Shown here: positions 18,053 to 26,706 of the stretch, piece by piece
Layout: each line of letters begins with the position of its first letter
Position numbering within the stretch: position 1 is the first letter of the stretch
NCBI GenBank assembly: GCA_965203325.1
Contig: OZ241875.1
Coordinates: 2,112,001 to 2,176,000 of the forward strand
Reading direction: 5' to 3'
Source of the DNA: a bacterium
GTDB taxonomy: Bacteria; UBA8248
Length of the DNA: 64,000 nt
Notes under the pieces: generated by a model
Database searches by the model: none
Seen by the model: only the letters and a program-made list of their open reading frames with translations
Told to the model about the DNA's origin: nothing
Translations under genes and position numbers: made by a program

Positions 18053-19717
18053 CTACTTCTTCACCGCGTCCTTGCGTCTCGGTTCGGGGAAGACGTCCTG
18101 ATCGATGATCACGTCCACCACGGCGGGGCCTTCTTCCTTCAGCGCCTGTGCGTAGACGTCTTCCAGGTCTTCGGGGTCTTCCACGCGGAAGCCCGCCGCG
18201 CCGAAGACGCGCGCGTATTCGTCGAACCTGGGGTTGCCGATGGCGTCGGCGATGTAGCGCCCCTCGTAGAAATGCTTCTGGTAGGCGCGCTCGGAGCCCA
18301 GGTTGAAGTTGTTCAGGATGACGCAGACGGTCGGCAGGTTCTCGCGCATCGCCGTCTCGAGTTCCGCCCCGTTGCACAGGAACGCGCCGTCGCCGCTGAT
18401 GGTGACGACCTTCTGGTGCGGTCGCGCCAGCTTGGCTCCGAGTCCCAGGGGATAGCCGATGCCGATGGCCGCCAGATCCTGCGGGGCCACCAGATTCCTG
18501 GCGCGATCGAACCTCTGGTATTCGTATATGTAGCCCGCGGCGCTGCCCGCGTCGTTCGTGATGATGGTGTTCTCGGGCAGGACTCTGGCGAGGGCCATCT
18601 GAGCGCGCCTGGGGTCGATGGGCTTTCCGCCGTATTCGAGAGCGCGCTCGCGGTGTTTTTCCTGCGCGTCGCGCACCGCCGCGGCCTCCGCGCGCCACGC
18701 GGGGCGCGCCGTCTTCTCCCCCAGTTCGCCGAGCACGGCCCGGAGCGCAAGACCCGCCTCCGCGTTCATCCCCACCTCGGTGGCGAAGTTCCGGCCGATG
18801 TTGTGCGGGTCCACGGCTGCGTGAATGAGCTTGGCGCTCCCGAAGAAATCGGGGCGCAGGAACGTGGTCGAATGCGCGAGCCTCGTGCCGACGGCGAACA
18901 CCACGTCCGCCGCCTCGAAAAGCGCGCGCGCCTCGGGCAGCGTCCCGCGGCCGATGGAACCCAGGAACAGGGGATGCCCGTTCGGGACCACGTCGTCCCT
19001 GCCGGTGGAGGTCATGACGGGGGCGTCGAGCGCTTCGGCGAGCGCCAGCAGATCGTCGCTCGACTCGTCCCAGAGCACGCCGCCGCCACCGATGAGCAGG
19101 GGACGCTCGGCGGAGCCGAGCAGCGCCGCCGCCCGCGCGATCGCTTCGGGGTCGGGGGCGAGCCGCGCCCGGACCGGATTCGCCGGGACTCCGTTCTCGG
19201 GATAATCCGCCATCTCGTTCAACACGTCGCGCGGCAGGTCGACGTGCACGGGGCCGGGCACGCCGGAGGTCGCCACATGATACGCCTCGTTGATGACGTC
19301 GAAGGCGCGCTCGGGTTTTCTCACCTGAACCGACCACTTCACCATGGGGGCGAACATGGCGATCTGGTCGAGTTCCTGGGTGGACTCGCGGAAGGTGTCC
19401 TTCATCATGGGAGCGCCGGTGATGACCAGCACCGGGCTTTGCGCCATCATCGAGTGCGCCACGCCGGTGACGAGGTTCGTCGCTCCCGGGCCGTTCGTCG
19501 CCATGCACACGCCCACCTCTCCCGTGAGCCGCGCGTAGGCGTCCGCCATGAGGGCGGCGCTTTGCTCGTGGCGCACCGTGAGGAAAGAGATGTCCTCGCG
19601 CCCGTACATGCCGTCCAGAATCTCGATCATGCACGAACCCGCCATGCCAATTACGTGCCTCACCCCCAGCTTCGCGAGCGCATCCGCCACCGCGTGTCCA
19701 GCCGTCATGCTCACCAT
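18053..19717 (-). CDS. thiamine-diphosphate-dependent enzyme (acetolactate synthase / sulfoacetaldehyde acetyltransferase-like)
   Basis: VRHEQSA, NGPGATN, GPVHVDLP, GDGAF...LNN ThDP motif. ATG 19717 behind GAGGAG. Confidence 0.92.
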   Translation of the reverse strand: MVSMTAGHAVADALAKLGVRHVIGMAGSCMIEILDGMYGREDISFLTVRHEQSAALMADAYARLTGEVGVCMATNGPGATNLVTGVAHSMMAQSPVLVITGAPMMKDTFRESTQELDQIAMFAPMVKWSVQVRKPERAFDVINEAYHVATSGVPGPVHVDLPRDVLNEMADYPENGVPANPVRARLAPDPEAIARAAALLGSAERPLLIGGGGVLWDESSDDLLALAEALDAPVMTSTGRDDVVPNGHPLFLGSIGRGTLPEARALFEAADVVFAVGTRLAHSTTFLRPDFFGSAKLIHAAVDPHNIGRNFATEVGMNAEAGLALRAVLGELGEKTARPAWRAEAAAVRDAQEKHRERALEYGGKPIDPRRAQMALARVLPENTIITNDAGSAAGYIYEYQRFDRARNLVAPQDLAAIGIGYPLGLGAKLARPHQKVVTISGDGAFLCNGAELETAMRENLPTVCVILNNFNLGSERAYQKHFYEGRYIADAIGNPRFDEYARVFGAAGFRVEDPEDLEDVYAQALKEEGPAVVDVIIDQDVFPEPRRKDAVKK

Positions 19718-19840
19718 CAATCCGTTCTCCTCGAAATTACGATGAAGCGAGCGCAACCTTCCGCGCTCCGTTTTCCTCACCAATAATAAATTGTCCGTCG
19801 AGATTAGGCCCCGCGCGCGGGCTTCGTCAAAGACCTCGGG

Positions 19841-20569
19841 CTATCCGACGTTTCCTTTCGCGTGTATGGCGTTGGCGATGAGGTTCACCGCATGGTCCGC
19901 GTTCGCCTCGGGCCGGGCCGTCTCCGCGAAACGGTAAAAACTCTTGGTCGGCCCCAGGGAATCGCCGCCCAGAGCGCATAACTCCGCACACAGGCGCTCC
20001 GCTTCTGAATCCAGATCGGCGTCCGGTACGACGTGATTCACCATGCCGATGCGCCTGCCCTCTTCGGCGTCGATCTCACGTCCCGTGATGACCATCTCGA
20101 AGCCGTGGCGCCTGTCCAGTTTCCTCGCCAGATGGCTGATGACGACCGTGGGCGGAAACCCTTCCTTTATCTCGGGAAAGGCGATCCGCGCGGTATCGGA
20201 AGCCAGCACGATGTCCGCCCGGCTGATGAGGCCCGCCCCCGGCCCGTAGGCGCGGCCCCTCAAGACCGCCACCGTCACGGCGGGAGAGAACTCCAGGGCG
20301 TCGTTCATCTTCACGATTTGCCGGAAGCGCTCCCTGATCGCGTTCACGGGCGGCAACTGCGCGCCGCCGCGCACGCTCTCCCTGCCCGCGCAAAAATCCG
20401 CGCCCTCTCCACCGAGCAGCACGACGTCGCATTCCTCGCCCGCCCGAAGGAGAGCTTGCGTGAGTTCTTCCATCATCTCGAACGTGAGGCGGTTCGCCTC
20501 GGAGGCGCGCGCGAGCGTGACGCGGCCCAGAGCGTTTTCCTTCTCATACCGAACAGACGGCATTTTCAT
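19841..20569 (-). CDS. crotonase superfamily protein
   Basis: DFCAG, AFPEIKEG, TGREIDAEE...GMVN. Confidence 0.88.
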   Translation of the reverse strand: MKMPSVRYEKENALGRVTLARASEANRLTFEMMEELTQALLRAGEECDVVLLGGEGADFCAGRESVRGGAQLPPVNAIRERFRQIVKMNDALEFSPAVTVAVLRGRAYGPGAGLISRADIVLASDTARIAFPEIKEGFPPTVVISHLARKLDRRHGFEMVITGREIDAEEGRRIGMVNHVVPDADLDSEAERLCAELCALGGDSLGPTKSFYRFAETARPEANADHAVNLIANAIHAKGNVG

Positions 20570-20747
20570 CTCCTCCCCGGAACAGAAGCCGGACGTTTCC
20601 TGAAATATATTCGTTCAACCTGAAATTTCCGGGATTATCGCCCGAAATCTTACAAAAAGGAAAACGAAAAAGGGCTTGCAAAATTATTCGTAATTTGTTT
20701 GTATTAAGGATGCGTAATTTTCGTAAAACATATGCCATGAGGATCCG

Positions 20748-22127
20748 ATGGTCGTGAACATCATTCTTCCGGATCAAAACGAGATCCTCCATGAAGCGCG
20801 GGTGGAGAGCATCGCCACGGGCGGGGCGGGCGTCGCCCGCCTGGGCAGGCGCGCCGTCTTCATTCCCAAAACGGTCCCCGGAGACATCGTCCGCTTCCGC
20901 ATCGCCAAGGAGAAGGGGAAACACCTGGTCGGCGAACTCGCGGAAGTCATCCAGGCAAGTCCGGCGCGAACCGCGCCCCCGTGCGCCCATTGGAGCGACT
21001 GCGGAGGATGCACCTTACAGCATATCGACCCCACGGCTCAGGGGGAAGCCAAGAAACGAATCTTTCTCGACACCCTTGCCCGCATCGGGAAAATCATTCC
21101 GGTCTTTCCCGTGTACACCATCGCGCTCCCGGAAAACGAAAAGCGCTACCGCAGGCGCGCGCGATTTCATATACGGGGTTCGGATATCGGCTTTTTCGCC
21201 CCCGGGACGCAGCGCCCGGTCGAGATCGAGGACTGCCTGCTGGTGGAACAGCCCATCGCCGACGCGCTCGGCCAGATCAGGCACCTCCTCCAGGCGGAAC
21301 CCATGACGAGGAAAATCGAAGCCGTGGAGATTACCTCCCTCGGAGAAGAGGAGGGAGCGTCCGTGGGCCTTCATCTCCATGCGATGGGGCACCGGGAGCG
21401 CGGAAACTGCAGAATCGACCCCAGGACGCTGAGCGCCTGGAAGAAATTCGCCGAAGAAAACCTCTTTCCGCTGGCCACGGCCGGCAGACGCGAACCCGGG
21501 GAGCCGCCCCGCTGGCGGGCGCGGTACCGGCCCGATACGGAGTACCCCGAATTATGCCTGGGCGTATCGCCCGAATCCTTCATTCAGCCGAACCGCGCGC
21601 TGAACCAACTGCTGGTGAAAAGCGTGGTCGAAGAGTGCCGGCTGAACGATGAGACCGGCGTTCTGGACCTCTACTGCGGGGCGGGGAATTTCTCCTTCCC
21701 GCTGGCGATGAGGGCGGGGCGCGTCCTGGGGGTCGAGGGAAATCCCCACGCCGTGGCCGACGCGGGGCTCAACCAGGAGGAGAACGGAGTCGGCAACGCG
21801 GAATTTCTCCACCGGAGCGCCCATAAGCTCACGGAAGAGGAGGTCGTCTCGAAACTCGGAGGCCAAAAGCCGGGCGTCGTCGTGCTCGACCCGCCCCGAA
21901 AGGGCGCGCACGAAGCCATGCCCCTGATTGCGGCGCTCGCGCCCGAGCGAGTCGTCTACGTCTCCTGCAACCCGGCCACCTTCGCCCGCGACGCCCGCGA
22001 ACTCGCCCTGAGCGGCTATCGCGCGCGGGCCGCCCATGTATTCGACATGTTCCCCCATACCGCTCATCTGGAGATTCTTACATCGTGGACCCGGAAAGAC
22101 CCTTCCGGTCCGACCCAACGATCCTGA
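20748..22127 (+). CDS. rlmD: RlmD/TrmA-family RNA (uracil-C5)-methyltransferase with TRAM domain and Fe-S motif
   Basis: CAHWSDCGGC, SFIQPN, LDLYCGAG, LDPPRKG, YVSCNP, DMFPHTAH. Confidence 0.9.
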   Translation: MVVNIILPDQNEILHEARVESIATGGAGVARLGRRAVFIPKTVPGDIVRFRIAKEKGKHLVGELAEVIQASPARTAPPCAHWSDCGGCTLQHIDPTAQGEAKKRIFLDTLARIGKIIPVFPVYTIALPENEKRYRRRARFHIRGSDIGFFAPGTQRPVEIEDCLLVEQPIADALGQIRHLLQAEPMTRKIEAVEITSLGEEEGASVGLHLHAMGHRERGNCRIDPRTLSAWKKFAEENLFPLATAGRREPGEPPRWRARYRPDTEYPELCLGVSPESFIQPNRALNQLLVKSVVEECRLNDETGVLDLYCGAGNFSFPLAMRAGRVLGVEGNPHAVADAGLNQEENGVGNAEFLHRSAHKLTEEEVVSKLGGQKPGVVVLDPPRKGAHEAMPLIAALAPERVVYVSCNPATFARDARELALSGYRARAAHVFDMFPHTAHLEILTSWTRKDPSGPTQRS

Positions 22128-22141
22128 AAGGGAGGTCTCTC

Positions 22142-22759
22142 ATGTTCCTCACCCGCAGGCAACGAGAAATTTACGAGTTCATCAAGGAGTTCATCGGGGC
22201 GAACGGCTATGCGCCCTCCATCGTGGAGATCGGCAAGCACTTTCACCTCACCTCGCCCGCCACGGTGCACAAGCATCTTCAGAACATCGCGGAAAAAGGC
22301 CTCATCAAGAGAAGCTGGAACAGAAGCCGGGCCATCGAACTCATTCCGGGTTCCGACACCATCGCCGCGAGCGCCGAACCGACGCGGGTGGAGCTCCCCC
22401 TGCGCGGCATGATCGCGGCGGGCATGCCGCTCGAGGCGATAGAGGATACCGAAACCATCCCCCTTCCCTGGTCGTCCGGAGACGGCAATCTTTACGTCCT
22501 GAAAGTGAAGGGCGATTCGATGATAGAAGACCACATCCGCGACGGGGACTACGTGATCGTGGAGAGCCGAAGCAATGCGCTGAACGGCGAGACCGTGGTG
22601 GCGCTCGTGAACGGAGATTCCGCCACGCTCAAGCGCTTCTACAGGGAGGGCGCGCAAATCCGGCTGCAGCCCGCCAACGAGGCGATGGCGCCCATCATGG
22701 TGAGCGAAGCGGACCTCCACATCCAGGGCGTCGTCGTGGGCGTGCTGAGGAAGTATTGA
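22142..22759 (+). CDS. lexA: SOS repressor LexA
   Basis: LTRRQ N-terminus, winged HTH, IAAG cleavage site, GDSM (Ser), TLKR (Lys). GGAGG RBS. Confidence 0.96.
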   Translation: MFLTRRQREIYEFIKEFIGANGYAPSIVEIGKHFHLTSPATVHKHLQNIAEKGLIKRSWNRSRAIELIPGSDTIAASAEPTRVELPLRGMIAAGMPLEAIEDTETIPLPWSSGDGNLYVLKVKGDSMIEDHIRDGDYVIVESRSNALNGETVVALVNGDSATLKRFYREGAQIRLQPANEAMAPIMVSEADLHIQGVVVGVLRKY

Positions 22760-22790
22760 CGCCGCCGCGTTTCGCGTGAGAGAAACGGGC

Positions 22791-24014
22791 ATGACGGGAC
22801 GCCCCGAAGAACCTGCGCCGGAGTCGCCGACCCAGGATCGACTCATCGCGCACGTGGACATGGACGCATTTTTCGTGTCCGTGGAGCGCATGGACCGGCT
22901 CGACCTGGAGAACAAACCGGTCATCGTCGGCGGCAGCACAGGAAGGCGCGGCGTGGTTTCCGCCGCCTCTTACGAGGCGCGCGCGTTCGGCGTCCACTCG
23001 GCCATGCCCATGGCGCGCGCCAGGAAGCTCTGCCCCCACGCCGTCTACATCGAGGCGAACCACAAAAAATACGGAGAAGCCTCCAGGCGGGTGATGAAGG
23101 TGCTCGGCGATTTCACGCCCGCGGTTCAGGCCGTCTCGGTGGATGAGGCGTATCTCGATTTGAGCGGAACCGAACGCCTGCACGGCCCCCCGCTGCAGAC
23201 GGCTGCGAGAATCAGGGAAGCGGTCTTGCGCGAAACGAACTGCTCGGCCTCCATCGGACTGGCGTCGAGCCGCCTGGTGTCCAAAATCGCATCCGGTCTC
23301 TCGAAACCCGCAGGCATCCTGCGCGTCTACCCGGGCGGGGAGGCGGCTTTTCTGCGTCCGCTCAAGGTGAGCAAAATCCCCGGCGTGGGCAAGGTGATGG
23401 TCGAGAAGCTGAACCGCCTGGGCATCTCGACGGTCGGCGATCTCGCCGCCCAGTCGCTGCCGTTTTTAGAGGCGCAGTTCAAGAACTTAGGATCCGAGCT
23501 CTACCGCAAGGCGCGGGGGCTGGATGATTCCGAACTCGAACTCGAAAGCCAGCCCAAGAGCATCGGCAAGGAGACCACCTTCGCAGAAGACACCGCTGAT
23601 CGCGCGAAGCTCGAAGCCGTACTCACGGGCCTGGCCGAGGAGGCGAGCGCGCGCGTGCGCCGCAAGGGCCTGAGCGCGAGACATATCACCCTCAAGCTCC
23701 GGTTTTCTGATTTCACGACGCTCACGCGCTCGTTCACGCTCGAAAAGCCCACCCACCTCGATAAGGAGGTCATCGAACCCGCGCTCGACCTTTTTCGGCG
23801 CACCTGCGCGAAAGAGGGGGGGAACCGGAAATTCCGCCTGCTGGGCGTCTACCTCTCGGGACTCGACGAGGCCCGCGAGCAGCCGCTGCTGTTCGAAGAT
23901 GCCGGACGCGAGAAGGAAGAGCGCCTGGTGGAAAGCCTCGATCAGATTCGCGAGCGCTTTGGCCACGAGGCCATATACGCGCGAAAGAATGTGGAACGCA
24001 TCAGGAAACCCTAG
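22791..24014 (+). CDS. dinB: DNA polymerase IV
   Basis: HVDMDAFF, SAASYEAR, SVDEAY, KSIGKETTF, RLLGV. Alternative GTG start at 22776. Confidence 0.95.
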   Translation: MTGRPEEPAPESPTQDRLIAHVDMDAFFVSVERMDRLDLENKPVIVGGSTGRRGVVSAASYEARAFGVHSAMPMARARKLCPHAVYIEANHKKYGEASRRVMKVLGDFTPAVQAVSVDEAYLDLSGTERLHGPPLQTAARIREAVLRETNCSASIGLASSRLVSKIASGLSKPAGILRVYPGGEAAFLRPLKVSKIPGVGKVMVEKLNRLGISTVGDLAAQSLPFLEAQFKNLGSELYRKARGLDDSELELESQPKSIGKETTFAEDTADRAKLEAVLTGLAEEASARVRRKGLSARHITLKLRFSDFTTLTRSFTLEKPTHLDKEVIEPALDLFRRTCAKEGGNRKFRLLGVYLSGLDEAREQPLLFEDAGREKEERLVESLDQIRERFGHEAIYARKNVERIRKP

Positions 24015-24925
24015 AGGCGGGCCAGGATGAGGATCGTTCCCAGCACCGTCATCACCGCCCCCAGCACGAGCTTGCCCGTAATGTTCTCGCTCTCTCTCAG
24101 GAACAGGTGCGACACCGTGATAACCAGAAGGGGCTGGACCGACGTGATGGAAGTGACGCCCACCGCGTAGGTGCGCGCCATGGCGTTGCTGAACGAGGGC
24201 ACGGCTATCGTCTGGCAGACGGCGGCCATGAGCATCCACTTCCAGCTCGCCCGGGGGATTTTCTCCGCCGTCTCCCTGTGAGCGAAGCCGACCGCCAGCA
24301 CCCAGGCGAAGCCAAGTCCTATCCAGATGAGCAGCGCCGATGCCGCCAGCGCGTTCATGTCGAGCGTGATGGTCCGCACCATGACGCCCGAAACACTCCA
24401 GTTCAGCGTGGTCAGGCCCGCCGAAATATAGCCCTTGACGACGTCCTTGCGCGTATGGCCCATCTCGAGATTCGGCTGCGCGGGTGCGGAGCGCACCACC
24501 AGGTTGAGACCCGCGATGAGGCAACCAAGTCCCAGGATGATGAGAATCGTGAACGGCTCGCCCAGGAAGATGGTCGCCAGAAGCGCGGTGACGGCGGGCG
24601 TGCTCGCCGCGATGGGAATGGTGCGGCTCGGCCCGATGCGCCGGATGGCGTAGTAGTAGGTGAGCCTTGAGATGGTGATCATGAAAAAGGCGGTGATCGG
24701 CAGCAACACCCAGGTTCTCGTCGACCCGGGATGAAAGGCCGAAGCCGGCAAGGTGAAGTAGATCAGAACGGAAACGAAGACGCCGTTCATCGTCGACATG
24801 CACGCGGTCGTCCGCAGGAGCGGCGCGTTCTTCATCGCCAGACGCACGAAAAAGGAGAGGCTCGTCCAGCTCAGTAGCGCCGAGGCGGCGAACAGCAGGC
24901 CCACGACATGGGTAGATAGGTTCAT
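24011..24925 (-). CDS. DMT/EamA family transporter
   Basis: Two 5-TM repeats ending FLGE and FLRE. Confidence 0.88.
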   Translation of the reverse strand: MNLSTHVVGLLFAASALLSWTSLSFFVRLAMKNAPLLRTTACMSTMNGVFVSVLIYFTLPASAFHPGSTRTWVLLPITAFFMITISRLTYYYAIRRIGPSRTIPIAASTPAVTALLATIFLGEPFTILIILGLGCLIAGLNLVVRSAPAQPNLEMGHTRKDVVKGYISAGLTTLNWSVSGVMVRTITLDMNALAASALLIWIGLGFAWVLAVGFAHRETAEKIPRASWKWMLMAAVCQTIAVPSFSNAMARTYAVGVTSITSVQPLLVITVSHLFLRESENITGKLVLGAVMTVLGTILILARL

Positions 24926-24965
24926 AACCGCTTTCTGGAGTTCGTAAAGACTTTCCGAACGGCCG

Positions 24966-25424
24966 CTATCCGGGCCGCTTCAGCGTCCAGTTGTCCGCAA
25001 CGCGCGTCGCCGCGCTCATGAACAGATAGAGAATGCAGCCCGCGCGAAACTTCTCCTTCACCCGCTCCAGTTCCTCTTCCGAGCCCGCCGAGGTCACCTC
25101 TATCTCAAGCTCCACGCCGGTGACGCCCCCGTTCTCCGCGTGCGGGTCGCCTGGCGCGAACCGCTCCATGATGAGTTTTCCCTCGATCGCGCAGTCATCG
25201 AGCGGCATCCCGACCTCTTTCGCGAACAACTCCACGTGCGCGGCGCCGCAGCCCGTCAGCGCGCCGAGCATGTACTCGGCGGGCGTGGGATGCTCGAACA
25301 GACCCCCGCGCTCCACGGGCTCGTCGCTCGAGAACTCCGGGCAATCGCGCGCCTGTATCCGCGCGCGCAAATCCCCCATCCACTGCGCGTTCGCCACCCG
25401 TGTGATGGTATTCCGCTCTTCCAT
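24966..25424 (-). CDS. OsmC/Ohr family protein
   Basis: DEPVERGG...PTPAEYMLGALTGC and a second Cys (AGCIL). Confidence 0.88.
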   Translation of the reverse strand: MEERNTITRVANAQWMGDLRARIQARDCPEFSSDEPVERGGLFEHPTPAEYMLGALTGCGAAHVELFAKEVGMPLDDCAIEGKLIMERFAPGDPHAENGGVTGVELEIEVTSAGSEEELERVKEKFRAGCILYLFMSAATRVADNWTLKRPG

Positions 25425-25518
25425 GCCGCCGTCCCCTTCAGATAAGGTGGATTCCGCGTGTAGCCTACTACACCGCTCCCCCGCCGCGCCATGCGGACAG
25501 GGCGAAGCCGCAAACCCC

Positions 25519-26706
25519 TCATCTCTCCTGCATCGCGCTCAGAACCGCGGATATGAACCCCAGAAAACGCGCGCCCTCCAGAATCTGCGCGAATGAAAGG
25601 AGGTCCGTCTCGATACCCACGTGGCGAAGGCCGCCGAACACGAAGGCTGACGCCGCCTCCCCGGTTGTCTCCCGCGCGCGATTCGCCAGCAGGATGCTCT
25701 CGGACGCCGGGATGAAGGGGTCCGCGCGCCCGTGGAGAAAAAATTTCCTCCCCCCGGCACCGGGAACCACGTCGCGCATCCCCCAGCTCCCCAGGCGCGC
25801 GCGCTGTTCTGCTCCCTGCCGCGCAAAAAGCGCCTCGAAGCGCTCCGGGGATTTGTTCTCCATCAAGGCGATGATCGCGCGCGCACCCCCGGGCAAGCCC
25901 GCGAGCAAATCGCCGACCTCCGCCGACTCGTCCCGCCGCTTTCTCGAAACGATCGCTTCGACCCGATCCCGATGGGCGTCCAGACCCAGGAGCTTCGTGT
26001 TGTAGCGCAGGAAAAGCCATTTGCCGTGGCGGATGGGCAGCCCGCCGGGGAAGGCGGGCCGGTCCTGCCCGCCGCTCGTGGTGAGGTGTCTCAGCACGTT
26101 CTTGAGATCGTAATAGGCGCCCACGCCGATGAAGGCGGCCACCTTCTCCCGCACCGCAGGCCTCCCCGCCGCGCGAAGGGCCGGGCCGGCCGCGAAGGAA
26201 AACGCCAGCAGGCTGCACCTATCGAATGAACCAGCCCCGCCCCGCGTCATCCACGAGAAGGCTTTTTCGATGCGCACGACGTCCGCTTCCTCGGGGCGAA
26301 ACCGCTTCATGCCGGGCAGATCGGGGACGAGCGCCGCAAAGCCCAGCCTCGCGAGCGACTCCGCGAACGCTATCAGCCGATGATCCGCCTTGCCCATCGT
26401 AGCCATTCCGTGGACGAGAACGACGCACCCGCGCGCGGGCGCATCGCCCCAGCCGAGGGCGTCTCCCGGCGAATAGGAATCCGCCAAAACGCCGTCCAAC
26501 GAAATCTCGGTTCTCAGCGGTTTTTTCGTGAGAAGAGAGAGCAAGCCCCCGCTCCGCACGTCGAAAAGCCCCTGGGCCAGCAGGAGGGAATCCACGGGGT
26601 GTCGAAGCCACGGCGAGAAACGCGATGCGAAGAACAACAGGATGATAAGAAGCGAAACGACCAGCGCGAGACGCCGAAGCCTGAGGAGGCGTCTTAGGAT
26701 GTTCAG
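25519..26706 (-). CDS. membrane-anchored alpha/beta hydrolase
   Basis: N-terminal TM, VLVHG, nucleophile elbow AFSFAA, HGRADP, C-terminal His. Start uncertain: CTG overlapping the uvrA stop is proposed. Confidence 0.72.
   Translation of the reverse strand: MNILRRLLRLRRLALVVSLLIILLFFASRFSPWLRHPVDSLLLAQGLFDVRSGGLLSLLTKKPLRTEISLDGVLADSYSPGDALGWGDAPARGCVVLVHGMATMGKADHRLIAFAESLARLGFAALVPDLPGMKRFRPEEADVVRIEKAFSWMTRGGAGSFDRCSLLAFSFAAGPALRAAGRPAVREKVAAFIGVGAYYDLKNVLRHLTTSGGQDRPAFPGGLPIRHGKWLFLRYNTKLLGLDAHRDRVEAIVSRKRRDESAEVGDLLAGLPGGARAIIALMENKSPERFEALFARQGAEQRARLGSWGMRDVVPGAGGRKFFLHGRADPFIPASESILLANRARETTGEAASAFVFGGLRHVGIETDLLSFAQILEGARFLGFISAVLSAMQER

Noticed and set aside
17657..19786. 709-aa plus-strand ORF, and similar long ORFs at 28032-30050, 46169-48334 and 48498-50267
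   Set aside because: Stop-poor antisense frames of well-supported GC-rich genes. The N-terminus of the 709-aa ORF merely translates REP sequence (VIPAKAGI).
22142..24014. imuA-imuB-dnaE2 mutagenesis cassette
   Set aside because: The polymerase keeps its catalytic DMDAF and SVDE motifs (true DinB), and no imuA or dnaE2 follows.
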